The notes under the pieces were generated by a model that was not told where the DNA came from, searched no databases, and was given only the letters and a program-made list of their open reading frames with translations. DNA of 64,000 nucleotides from Thermoplasmata archaeon (GTDB taxonomy: Archaea; Thermoplasmatota; E2; DHVEG-1), in NCBI GenBank assembly GCA_020054475.1, contig JAHWGJ010000001.1:122434-186433 (forward strand), in the 5' to 3' direction. The position numbers and the translations under genes were made by a program. This document shows, in pieces, positions 1 through 8,815 of the stretch. The stretch's first letter is position 1. Each line of letters begins with the position of its first letter.

Positions 1-1
1 A

Positions 2-1507
2 GGAATTGCAATTATTGATAAAAATGGAAATTTTTTAGATGCGAACATTCGAATATGTGAATGGTTTGAATATAATTACAACGAAATAATTGAAAAAAAC
101 ATTTTCGACTTTCAATTTATAATTAAGGGAAATGAATTATCAATAAAAAATCTCTTTATAAACGAGATAAAAGACGATGAAGTTATTTCACAAGAAATTG
201 GATATGTTAAAAAAAATAGAGAAAGAATTTTTGGAATGCTTAATATTAGTCCAATTATAATCTCCCAAAATGAGATATCTGGTTATATAATAATGATATC
301 AGATATTACAGATATTAAAATAGCAGAAGAAGAAATAAACAAACTAAGCCAGTTTCATGAGAATGTAATTGATAATGCAAATGTATGGTTAAGTGTAATA
401 GATTCGCAATCAAGAATAATAATCTGGAATAAAGCTGCAGAAAATATTACGGGTTATTCACGTGATGAGGTGATAGGTCATAATAAAATATGGGATTGGC
501 TTCAACCAGAGAATGGTCAAATAAATATCAAAAGAAATTCAAAACTAAATCTTGAGAGTGGAGAAAATATTTTAACAGAAAATTTTGAAAAAACTATTAT
601 TAGAAAAGATGGGGAGAAAAAAACTATATCATGGAATTCAAGAATGTTATATGATAAAATGAATAATCCTATTGGAAATATTGCTCTAGGTCAAGATATT
701 ACTGAAAGGAAAAAATATGAAGATAAAATAAACAAACAAAATGAAGAGTTAAATGATATAAACAAAAATTTAGAGGAAATTGTAAAAGAAAGAACTAATC
801 AGATTCAACATTTGTTATGTCAAAAAGATGAGTTTATAAACCAATTAAGTCATGATTTAAAAACACCATTAACGCCAATGATGGTATTACTACCGTTATT
901 AAAAGAAAAAATTAAAAATAAAAAAGATAACGAATCCTTTGATGTTATTTTAAGAAATGTCTATTTCATGAAAGATCTGGTTAATAAAACAATAGATCTT
1001 GCTAAATTAAATTCAGGCATCATTGAACTTGAGTTTGAGAATATAAAACTAAATGAGGAACTTGAATTGGTTGTTAGTAATAACCAAGTTTTATTTGATC
1101 AAAATAATATTAAATTTATCAATAAAATTAAAAATCCAATTTATGTCTATGCCGATAAAATTAGATTAGACGAAGTTTTTAATAATTTGATAACAAATGC
1201 TATAAAATATTCACCTAATAAAGGCGGTAAAATCTTCATTGATGGACGAGAGGACAAGAATATTATTACTATTTCTGTTAAAGATACTGGAGTTGGGATG
1301 GATTCAGATCAGATACAATGTATTTTTGATGAATTCTATAAAGTTGATGATAGTAGACATGAATTAGATTCAAGTGGTCTTGGCCTTACAATAACAAAGA
1401 AAATAGTTGAAAAACATGGTGGTAAAATCTGGGTTGAAAGTGAAGGCAAAGGTAAGGGATCTACTTTTTATTTTACTTTAAAAAAGGACAAAATCAATAA
1501 AAAATAA
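2..1507 (+). CDS. PAS-domain sensor histidine kinase, 5' end outside window
   Basis: The frame of ORF 236..1507 stays open back to nt 2 (GIAIIDKNGNFLDANIRICEWF..., PAS-like). HisKA + HATPase_c motifs: H-box LSHDLKTPLTPM, N-box NLITNAIKYSP, DTGVGM, GLGLTITKKIVEKHGGKIWVESEGKGKGSTF. Confidence 0.85.
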   Translation, partial: GIAIIDKNGNFLDANIRICEWFEYNYNEIIEKNIFDFQFIIKGNELSIKNLFINEIKDDEVISQEIGYVKKNRERIFGMLNISPIIISQNEISGYIIMISDITDIKIAEEEINKLSQFHENVIDNANVWLSVIDSQSRIIIWNKAAENITGYSRDEVIGHNKIWDWLQPENGQINIKRNSKLNLESGENILTENFEKTIIRKDGEKKTISWNSRMLYDKMNNPIGNIALGQDITERKKYEDKINKQNEELNDINKNLEEIVKERTNQIQHLLCQKDEFINQLSHDLKTPLTPMMVLLPLLKEKIKNKKDNESFDVILRNVYFMKDLVNKTIDLAKLNSGIIELEFENIKLNEELELVVSNNQVLFDQNNIKFINKIKNPIYVYADKIRLDEVFNNLITNAIKYSPNKGGKIFIDGREDKNIITISVKDTGVGMDSDQIQCIFDEFYKVDDSRHELDSSGLGLTITKKIVEKHGGKIWVESEGKGKGSTFYFTLKKDKINKK

Positions 1508-1519
1508 AAAAGGCCAGTT

Positions 1520-1690
1520 TTATTTGCTAGCCTTTTTTAAATCGTCTATTTTTTCTCTGACTCCTTTAGTTTCTTTTACTAACCAAGTATTATATTCTTC
1601 TAGGAGTTCAATTTTTTCTTCTTTTGTTAGAAATTGTCTCCAACAATTTCCCATTTGATGTCTATTTATTCCATGATGTTCATAACACAT
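1520..1690 (-). CDS. Small (56 aa) Cys/His-rich plus coiled-coil protein, below ORF-track cutoff
   Basis: Hand translation: MCYEHHGINRHQMGNCWRQFLTKEEKIELLEEYNTWLVKETKGVREKIDDLKKASK. Divergent from the PadR gene. The C-terminal KEE..LEEY..L..E....E.I..LKK pattern resembles small DUF5320-type proteins (from memory, weak). Confidence 0.3.
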   Translation of the reverse strand: MCYEHHGINRHQMGNCWRQFLTKEEKIELLEEYNTWLVKETKGVREKIDDLKKASK

Positions 1691-1716
1691 TCAAATCACC
1701 TCCATCGGTTATACAA

Positions 1717-1772
1717 TATCGGTAATCCGATAAAAAATATCTTCAGAACATATAAATATCGAAAATACGATA
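1717..1772. promoter_or_regulatory. Two TATCG(G)-N4-6-(C)CGATA inverted repeats in the divergent PadR promoter region
   Basis: TATCGGTAATCCGATA at 1717..1732 and TATCGAAAATACGATA at 1757..1772, plus a further ATCGGTTAT at 1704..1712. CG-containing arms are conspicuous in AT-rich spacer DNA. The second palindrome lies 12 nt before the PadR ATG. Confidence 0.3.
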
Positions 1773-1783
1773 CAAAAAACATA

Positions 1784-2107
1784 ATGAGACATAGACATTG
1801 CCAAATGAAAGGATTTCTATCATTTCTTATACTATGGTTAATTAATAAAAAAAATATGACCGGATCGGAAATTGCAGAAGAACTTGAATAAAGAAAAGCA
1901 AGTAGACCAAGCCCCGGTACAATATATCCTGTTTTAAAGGATTTAAAAGAAAGAGGATTGTTATCGATAAATAATAATAAAAGTTATTCTCTTACAAATC
2001 AAGGGAAAAAAGAACTAGAATTGCATCTTAAATCGTTTTTTAATACATTTTGTGATATTGATGAGATGCGGACACAATGTCAATGCCATGAAGAACAAAA
2101 ATCATAA
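1784..2107 (+). pseudogene. PadR-family winged-helix regulator with one in-frame TAA (1889..1891)
   Basis: MRHRHCQMKGFLSFLILWLINKKNMTGSEIAEELE-stop-RKASRPSPGTIYPVLKDLKERGLLSINNNKSYSLTNQGKKELELHLKSFFNTFCDIDEMRTQCQCHEEQKS. The two halves together give the PadR pattern (...EI...L......SPGTIYP.L..LE..GLI). The track ORF 1634..1891 covers only the first half plus a non-coding leader. Confidence 0.7.
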
Positions 2108-2346
2108 TTTAATATTTATTCTCTAAAAACTATTAATTTTCCATTATCATCTTCTTCAAATAAAGGCTGTTGAATAGGATTATTATAAAACAACTTATTA
2201 TTTGATTCCATACAATATATAAATAGTTATATGTAAATAAATTCATATTTGCATCTACATATACGCCTAATATCTTAGGTAATAAAATGATGAAATTTAA
2301 TTTATATATGACTTTATTTAAAAAAAAATTGTATAAAAAATTAAAA

Positions 2347-2370
2347 GATGAGAAACCTAAATTTCTCATC
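2347..2370 (-). terminator. Perfect 9-bp hairpin followed by a T-run on the minus strand, 17 nt after the stop of 2387..3034
   Basis: GATGAGAAA-cctaaa-TTTCTCATC. On the minus strand it is followed by TTTTAATTTTTT. Confidence 0.35.
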
Positions 2371-2386
2371 AAATATTCCTATTTTA

Positions 2387-3034
2387 TTATATTGCTTTTG
2401 ATTTTAAGTATAATTCACCAAACATGTTGGAGGCTAGAACACCTAGATAAAATGTTCCAAATAGACCTATTAGCCATCCAATAAAAGGGATTAATCCAAT
2501 GATTCCAAGAATTATACCTAGTATAATTAAAACGATATAAGATACAATATATTCTCCAAATACCGATTTGATTCGTTTAAATATTTCACCAAATTTAAAG
2601 GCATCACTGAAGTTATCTGATTTTGCATACATTGCAATAGCCATTGGTAAAATAAAACCAACAATTATTATTAATATTCCTCCAATAAATAATGCGGGTA
2701 ACATAGCCACAATTACACTATATGGATTCGCTAAACCACCCATTGCCCCTGCGATAGCACTAAATCCAGCTGCTGCTCCAAATATTATCAAAGGTACAAT
2801 CATATATAACAAAACTATCACAAAAACAACTATTCCTTTCACAAATAAATCTGTGAATCCTTTCCAATCAGGCATTCCAGGTTTCAAATTTATTGCATTT
2901 TTCATTATTTTAAATTCATATCCAAAAGCAATGAAATTTACTATTGGAATAATTGATAGAATTCCTCCAACAATTATTTTCACAAGCCAATCTTTATCTT
3001 TCATTGGAAATTTAATTATTTTTCCATAGTCCAT
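2387..3034 (-). CDS. Multi-pass membrane protein, DUF4013-like
   Basis: N-terminus MDYGKIIKFPMKDKDWLVKIIVGGILSIIPIVNFIAFGYEF followed by about 5 TM helices, a pattern recalled from DUF4013 proteins. ORF 2568..3029 (+) is its antisense shadow. Confidence 0.55.
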   Translation of the reverse strand: MDYGKIIKFPMKDKDWLVKIIVGGILSIIPIVNFIAFGYEFKIMKNAINLKPGMPDWKGFTDLFVKGIVVFVIVLLYMIVPLIIFGAAAGFSAIAGAMGGLANPYSVIVAMLPALFIGGILIIIVGFILPMAIAMYAKSDNFSDAFKFGEIFKRIKSVFGEYIVSYIVLIILGIILGIIGLIPFIGWLIGLFGTFYLGVLASNMFGELYLKSKAI

Positions 3035-3208
3035 TTTACATCAATCCTCACATTTAATTTATTTTTTTAATCTTGTAAAATATACTATTAGTATTTTATA
3101 ATTTCTAATTATTACAAATTTTTGATTTGAAATGAGTTATAAGAGAAAGTTATTGATTAATTAATAAATATAAAAAATCATTATTCGTAGTTGATGATTT
3201 TAATTATT

Positions 3209-3886
3209 TTATTTTAATCTTCTTAGAGTAGAATCGCTATTAAGATCCCTTATTACATCCGATCCTATCCATTTCGCAGTTTTTGTATCAATCTGTTTTA
3301 ATTCATATGCAAGTTTTAAAGCAGCTTTATGTAAATTTATATTCCTCTTTCCGATATGCCTCAATGACCAGCTTACCGCTTTTTTTACATAATTTCTTTC
3401 ATCACTTGAATTCTTTTTTATCAAAGGAAAATATCTAATGAATTTGTTATCATCTGCATTTTTATCATGCCATGCTAGACAAGCTAGAAGAGAAAATGCA
3501 GTTCTTTTAACAAATTCTTCATCCCTTTTTGACCATTCAATAATCTTTCCCCACGCATAAGGAGTTTTATCAAAAAGATTCATGCAAATTTGATCACAAA
3601 CATCCCATGAATCAATTTCCTTAACCCATTCATCCATTTGTGTTTCATTTACCTTATCAGGTTCATCGATTAAAGCCGCAGTGATCTTAGCATCTTGATA
3701 ACCTGTCTTCCATAAATTTAATGCTGTTTCATGATTTTTTCCAAAATCCTTTGCAATTTTTCTAATATCTGGGATTGAAACCCCTAGTCGATTATTTGTA
3801 ACAATTCCATATCTTGCCATTCCTTCTAATTGATCTAATCTTGACAAAGATTTGAGTTTTTTAAGTATTTCATTTGATGAATTCAT
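3209..3886 (-). CDS. DNA alkylation repair protein (AlkD-like HEAT-repeat family)
   Basis: GVSIPDIRKIAKDFGKNHETALNLWKTGYQDAKITAALIDEP...SWDVCDQIC...RTAFSLLACLAWHD...VKKAVSWSLRHIGK, typical of the DNA_alkylation family. Confidence 0.7.
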   Translation of the reverse strand: MNSSNEILKKLKSLSRLDQLEGMARYGIVTNNRLGVSIPDIRKIAKDFGKNHETALNLWKTGYQDAKITAALIDEPDKVNETQMDEWVKEIDSWDVCDQICMNLFDKTPYAWGKIIEWSKRDEEFVKRTAFSLLACLAWHDKNADDNKFIRYFPLIKKNSSDERNYVKKAVSWSLRHIGKRNINLHKAALKLAYELKQIDTKTAKWIGSDVIRDLNSDSTLRRLK

Positions 3887-3989
3887 ATTTTAAATCCCCT
3901 AACTTTATAAAATATTAATAACTTTTATAATTGTTTATCTTGAATAAAGCATTATTAATATAAATAATGGATTTCAAAAAATAATATAG

Positions 3990-5540
3990 ATGAGTGATAT
4001 AGTTTTAACTGCAGATAGAACTCTTATGACAGATTATAATGGTTTCTCTATTTTAGAACATGTAGGATGTTTTCCTAATAGATTAATTCCAGATTTCATA
4101 ATTGATCAATTGTTCCCTAAACTTGAGAATAACCAAGCAACATATGCAATTAGAAGATTAGAATCAAAATTAATTGATGAGGGATTTGATGTAACTGTAT
4201 TGCCGCCTCAATATATTAAAAAAATAAAAAAAATAAAACCGAAAGTTGTTGGAATTTCAACGGTTGATCCATTAACTAGAAAACCTCATCCTTGGACCTT
4301 GACTAATATATTTGGAGGTGGAAAATCTGTTATTGAAACAGAATTCTATAATTTACTTCAGAGAATTAATAAAATTAAATATGAACAAGATTTCAAAATA
4401 ATAATTGGTGGACCTGGAACTACAGAGTTCGAAAATTCAAACAGATATAAAGATCTATTTGATAGTTATGTATTAGGATCGGGAGAAGGTTCCATACCGC
4501 TTTTTCAAAAAGCAATAAATGGTGAGTCTTTACCAGAAAAATTCTGTTCGATTCAGCCGAAAAAAATAGATGATATCTCAATAATAAAAAAAGGATCTCG
4601 TAATGGACATGTTCAAATAACACAAGGTTGTCCAAGAGGATGTAAATTTTGTGCCCCTACTTTATTGAATTGGATTAGTTTTCCAATTGATAGGATAATT
4701 AATGAAATAGAGATAAATTTAAAAAATGGAGTTAATCAAATAACTTTTATAACTGAAGATTTTTTTTTATACGGATCAAAATCGATAGAAGTAAACAATA
4801 ATAAAATTATTGATTTGGTAAATAAAGTTAAAAAAACAACTGATAGATATAATGTTTATTCAATAAATATTAGTGATGTATCGATTGCTTCCACGATTAA
4901 AGGTAAAAAAACTTGTAAGAAAATATCTGATATATTAGGTATTTCAAAAAAATACCCTATTGATACTATTCTCGGAATTGAAACAGGAAGTGAACGATTA
5001 ATAAAAAAATATATGGAAGGTAAACCAAAACCATATGATCCTAACAATTGGTCTGAATTAGTATATAATGGTATAAATATTTTGAACGATAATTATTGGT
5101 TTCCTTTATGTAATTTAATTACAGGACTTCCTGATGAAAACGAAGATGATTTAATAAAAACTCTTGATTTAATTGATGATATCAAACATTTCAAACTTTA
5201 TTTTATCATTTTTTATTTTGTACCTCTTGAAGCTAGTGGATTAGAAAAGAAATCATTTTTTAAATTTGATGATATAACTGATAGACGATGGGAATTATTT
5301 TATAAATGTTATATGAAAACTATTAGTTCATTGAGAGAAGATATTTATATAATTTTTAAAAATAAGATTTTAGCTTCTCTTTATAGTAGAATTCTAAATG
5401 AAGTAGAATATGATTTAAAGAGATATAGAAATGATCCTTTTAAACTTAGAGATTTTTATTCTTCAATATCTCTTAAAGGCTTAAATCTTGGTTTATTTTT
5501 ATTGAGGAGAAAATTTTTAAAAAAATTTGAAAATCAATAA
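3990..5540 (+). CDS. Radical SAM protein with B12-binding-domain-like N-terminus
   Basis: VQITQGCPRGCKFCAP gives the CX3CX2C cluster motif. The N-terminal part (KPKVVGISTVDP) is Rossmann-like. Confidence 0.7.
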   Translation: MSDIVLTADRTLMTDYNGFSILEHVGCFPNRLIPDFIIDQLFPKLENNQATYAIRRLESKLIDEGFDVTVLPPQYIKKIKKIKPKVVGISTVDPLTRKPHPWTLTNIFGGGKSVIETEFYNLLQRINKIKYEQDFKIIIGGPGTTEFENSNRYKDLFDSYVLGSGEGSIPLFQKAINGESLPEKFCSIQPKKIDDISIIKKGSRNGHVQITQGCPRGCKFCAPTLLNWISFPIDRIINEIEINLKNGVNQITFITEDFFLYGSKSIEVNNNKIIDLVNKVKKTTDRYNVYSINISDVSIASTIKGKKTCKKISDILGISKKYPIDTILGIETGSERLIKKYMEGKPKPYDPNNWSELVYNGINILNDNYWFPLCNLITGLPDENEDDLIKTLDLIDDIKHFKLYFIIFYFVPLEASGLEKKSFFKFDDITDRRWELFYKCYMKTISSLREDIYIIFKNKILASLYSRILNEVEYDLKRYRNDPFKLRDFYSSISLKGLNLGLFLLRRKFLKKFENQ

Positions 5541-5588
5541 ACTAATAATAGGCGAATATATTGTGCAATATAAATTGGAGCTCTCATT

Positions 5589-6251
5589 ATGAGTAAGATC
5601 TACTATTCATTTCAGGATATGCCATTCAATAAAGGGGGTGAAGGTAGAATAGAACCTGAAAATTTTTTTAAATTTAGTAGAAATGAAATTATACAAATAT
5701 TAATTGCAATTGGTGTTCTAACAGTTGCTTTTTCATTTGCATTTACCCCGGGTGTTCCTTTATCAAATATATCTGGCGCATTAGCAAATATACCTTTAGC
5801 TTTTTTGGCAATTTTAACTGCATTTTTTTGTCATGAATTGGGGCATAAATTTTTGGGGCAAAAATATGGATATTGGTCCGAATTTAGAATGTTTCCTATG
5901 GGTTTACTTCTCGCATTATTCCTAGGAATTTTTACAGGTTTTGTATTTGCAGCTCCAGGTGCAGTCACGATAATGGGAAATCCAAATAAAGATGAATATG
6001 GTAAAATTTCGGCAATAGGTCCTTTTATTAATGTTAGTTTAGCAGCTGTTTTTTATATTATAACTATTTCAACAACAGGTGGAATTTCGCAAATTTTTGG
6101 TTTTATTGCATTCATTAATGCTTTTTTAGCATTTTTTAATCTACTACCATTTGGGCCTCTTGATGGAATGAAAATATTTAATTGGAGAAAAGATGTTTGG
6201 ATATCCTTAATGGCTGTTAGTATATTATTAATATCATTAATTTACTTTTAA
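5589..6251 (+). CDS. M50 / site-2 protease family membrane metalloprotease
   Basis: HELGHKF (HExxH within a TM helix) and NLLPFGPLDGMKIF are both present. SD GGAG lies 8 nt before the ATG. Confidence 0.75.
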   Translation: MSKIYYSFQDMPFNKGGEGRIEPENFFKFSRNEIIQILIAIGVLTVAFSFAFTPGVPLSNISGALANIPLAFLAILTAFFCHELGHKFLGQKYGYWSEFRMFPMGLLLALFLGIFTGFVFAAPGAVTIMGNPNKDEYGKISAIGPFINVSLAAVFYIITISTTGGISQIFGFIAFINAFLAFFNLLPFGPLDGMKIFNWRKDVWISLMAVSILLISLIYF

Positions 6252-6296
6252 TTAATATTAAATAATTTATTATATGTAATTCAATTTTTTTAATAA

Positions 6297-8036
6297 TTGT
6301 TAAATAAGATCTATTACTTTCCTTTTTTGGTGGTATTTATTAAAAATAAAATTGTTATTATAACATTAGTTATAACATGTTTTTTTTCTTTTGGAAATTT
6401 TATTGATAACGCTAGTGCAGATGAAGAAGATATTGCATTGCAATATGCACCAATATATTATTTTGAAAAAGATGAAACATGCTATCCAGTCGATGTTTCA
6501 TATCATCTTAGTAATTCAAATCTATATCAGATAGATGATGTAAATCCAATTATTCAATCACCAAGTGCTGAAGATATTTCAAATTATAAAGATAATAGTT
6601 ATTATCTTGATAATCAGAGAGGAACAATCGAGGATGATGGAATCATTAATGATTATAAACTAAGAAATTTAGGATTCACAATATATTCTAATGTTATTTA
6701 TTCTGGAGATTTAACTTATATTCAATATTGGATGTTTTATGCTTTTAATAAAGGAACTTTGAATCAACATGAGGGGGATTGGGAGATGGTTCAAATCTTA
6801 ATTTCATCTGGAAATCCAACTCAAGTAATGTATAGTCAGCATCATAGTGGACAAAAAGCAACTTGGAATCAAGTGGATAGAGAAGGAGATCATATTAAGG
6901 TATATGTTTCAAGAGGTAGCCACGCTAATTATCTACGTTCTTACTCTGGTGTGATAGGTATTGCAAATGATATTGTTGGAGCAAATGGCAAAAAATTAAC
7001 TTACTCTGATTATGATTTAGTTTTATTAGAATCACAACCCTGGCTTGAATATATGGGTAGATGGGGTTGGAGTGGATCAACAGAAGAGGAATTCCAAGAA
7101 GCAAATATATTAGGGCAAACAGGGCCATATGGGCCACAATATAGAAAGAATGGAGATATGTGGGGTGCAATTGGATGGGGAAGTACTCTTCTCCCTGCCA
7201 ATGATGCAATATTTATCATGGAATTATTGCTCTATAATTTTGTTACAATTTTTATAATTATTACTTTGATAATCATTTGTATATTGGTATATAGGATTTA
7301 TAAAAGAAATGAACTAACTGGGCTTGGTCCAAGAATATTATCTATATTATATATTGATGGTTTGAATACTAAAAGTATTGGAAATATTTTATGCATAATC
7401 GGAATAATTATTGCAATTATTTCTCTTTTTAATCCATGGTATTTAATATCTACAGATATAACAATTCATGGTTATGAAACATCAGGATTAGTAAATATTT
7501 TGTCAATTGATGGGATAACGGGCATTCAATTACAATTTCCTGGTATTACGGGACCAATGCCGCTGGGTTCAATAATGATTCCTTTTTCACTTTTAATTGG
7601 TATTGGGATTCTATTTCTATTTTTTACATCAGTAGGTTTGTCTAAGAGTAAAAAATTAGGTAATAAATATTTATTTAGAGGTATTAGATTATTAATACCA
7701 ATTATTTTCATTCTACTTTTCATTATTGGTTTAAAGTTAATTCCTTTTGAATCATTGGCGAATACAGGTGATACAGGAATGGATATTTCAGAGGTTATTA
7801 GTTCAATTTCTAATTCTCCGATAAATGGTAATAAATTTATTACAATTCAGGATGTTGAAGGACAGATACAACTTAATTGGGGTTTAGGTTTTGGGGGATT
7901 CCTTTTACTATTCTCCGGAATAATATTGATTATTGCGGGTATAATTGAGCGAGTTGCAGATGTAGAATTTTTTCAAGAAAAAATAATTTCAGAATCAAAG
8001 AAGGAAAAAAAATCAGATAAAAAAGAAGAAGATTAA
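6297..8036 (+). CDS. Vps62/DUF946-like domain fused to a polytopic membrane domain
   Basis: YAPIYYFEKDETCYPV...YIQYWMFYAFNKG...HEGDWEMVQI...YSQHHSG (recalled Vps62/DUF946 pattern). The C-terminal half has about 7-8 TM helices and a KKEKKSDKKEED tail. The start is uncertain: TTG 6297 in the track, with GTG 6330 also possible. Confidence 0.5.
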   Translation: MLNKIYYFPFLVVFIKNKIVIITLVITCFFSFGNFIDNASADEEDIALQYAPIYYFEKDETCYPVDVSYHLSNSNLYQIDDVNPIIQSPSAEDISNYKDNSYYLDNQRGTIEDDGIINDYKLRNLGFTIYSNVIYSGDLTYIQYWMFYAFNKGTLNQHEGDWEMVQILISSGNPTQVMYSQHHSGQKATWNQVDREGDHIKVYVSRGSHANYLRSYSGVIGIANDIVGANGKKLTYSDYDLVLLESQPWLEYMGRWGWSGSTEEEFQEANILGQTGPYGPQYRKNGDMWGAIGWGSTLLPANDAIFIMELLLYNFVTIFIIITLIIICILVYRIYKRNELTGLGPRILSILYIDGLNTKSIGNILCIIGIIIAIISLFNPWYLISTDITIHGYETSGLVNILSIDGITGIQLQFPGITGPMPLGSIMIPFSLLIGIGILFLFFTSVGLSKSKKLGNKYLFRGIRLLIPIIFILLFIIGLKLIPFESLANTGDTGMDISEVISSISNSPINGNKFITIQDVEGQIQLNWGLGFGGFLLLFSGIILIIAGIIERVADVEFFQEKIISESKKEKKSDKKEED

Positions 8037-8084
8037 TTATTTTTAGGATATAAATAAAATATTAGGTAAAATAAAATCTTTAGC

Positions 8085-8206
8085 ATAAAAGCCAGCAGAG
8101 GGGATGGGATTTACCCTTGGCTGACAGTTCCCCAATATTATCTATCAAGTTAAAGTTAGATAGTATTTAACATTTATAAATAATAAATAAAGGTAATTGA
8201 AAGTAT
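8085..8206 (+). ncRNA. GC-rich intergenic element A (candidate structured RNA, unclassified)
   Basis: The core 8091..8135, gccagcagaggggatgggatttacccttggctgacagttcccc, is about 60% GC by hand count in a roughly 25-30% GC context. It aligns over about 90 nt with element B (34761..34916). Possible helix AGCCAG/UUGGCU. Strand not established. Confidence 0.3.
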
Positions 8207-8210
8207 TAAA

Positions 8211-8702
8211 TTATATTGTCATTCTCATTTCAAAAATACTTGATGTTAAACCCCATTTTTTATAAACATCTATTGCATGTTTATTATCTGGAAAAACGTA
8301 CAATGATACTCTTTTAATATTTTTACTTTTAAACCATTTTAATGCTTCATCCTTGAGTCTTGTACTAATACCCCTTCTTCTAAATTCTTTATTAATATAA
8401 ACAGTATTTATTCTACCAAAATATTTCATATTAAAAATAGGATGACTTTTTTGTATTGAAAGTATCATATGACCTACAGGTTTATTATTAAATTCAGATA
8501 TAAAAATTGCACCATGTTTTGAATATATCATACTTTTTAGATATTTAAATAAAATTTCTTTATAATCCGATTTTAGAGCAATATCTATATTATGTTGAGG
8601 GCTAAACTTATTCATTATTTTAACTTGATTATCATATAATTTTTTTTCAAATTCTAAAATTAAATTTATATCTTCAACTCTAGCTTTTCTTACTACAATC
8701 AT
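8211..8702 (-). CDS. GNAT family N-acetyltransferase
   Basis: RRRGISTRLKDEALKWFKSKNIKRVSLYVFPDNKHAIDVYKKWGL, the acetyl-CoA binding motif region. Confidence 0.8.
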   Translation of the reverse strand: MIVVRKARVEDINLILEFEKKLYDNQVKIMNKFSPQHNIDIALKSDYKEILFKYLKSMIYSKHGAIFISEFNNKPVGHMILSIQKSHPIFNMKYFGRINTVYINKEFRRRGISTRLKDEALKWFKSKNIKRVSLYVFPDNKHAIDVYKKWGLTSSIFEMRMTI

Positions 8703-8815
8703 AATTTATGATATAATAAAAATAGTTTAAAACATTATTATACTAATTTGGGTTAAATGTTAATTCTTATAATTTTCTTCTAATATAATAATATATATAA
8801 TCAAGTAGTATAGTA

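Noticed and set aside
1634-1783. The N-terminal 50 codons of track ORF 1634..1891 (MSPTISHLMSIYSMMFITHSNHLHRLYNIGNPIKNIF...).
   Set aside because: This part overlaps the minus-strand mini-ORF and the palindromic promoter region and has no PadR similarity. The PadR homology starts at ATG 1784 (MRHRHCQMKGF...).
1889-1891. Possibility that TAA is reassigned or generally read through, since two otherwise intact ORFs carry one in-frame TAA each.
   Set aside because: Most well-supported genes in the window terminate at TAA exactly where the homologous domain ends (for example 1505..1507, 5538..5540, 6249..6251 and 16398..16400). A code change does not fit; local lesions or errors are more likely.
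2568-3029. Long ORFs antisense to real genes: 2568..3029, 4420..4635, 6925..7219, 12019..12456, 12944..13177, 20821..21132, 32311..32835, 33333..33575, 47577..47828, 59271..59522, 60086..60319, 61542..61742 and others.
   Set aside because: They have low-complexity I/F/L/N-rich translations with no motifs. Each lies fully inside a motif-supported gene on the other strand. These are typical shadow ORFs of AT-rich DNA.
8196-8206. ATTGAAAG at the right edge of elements A (8196) and C (38722) is identical to the 8-nt 5' handle of many type I/III crRNAs. C even reads TTAAAATAGGGCTATTGAAAG, which resembles archaeal CRISPR repeats.
   Set aside because: There is no second repeat at spacer distance, no array and no cas genes in the window. 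By my rough base-composition estimate, this A/T/G 8-mer should occur several times by chance in 64 kb; it also occurs inside coding regions at about 13805 and 37783. I kept it only as a shared block of the A/B/C family.
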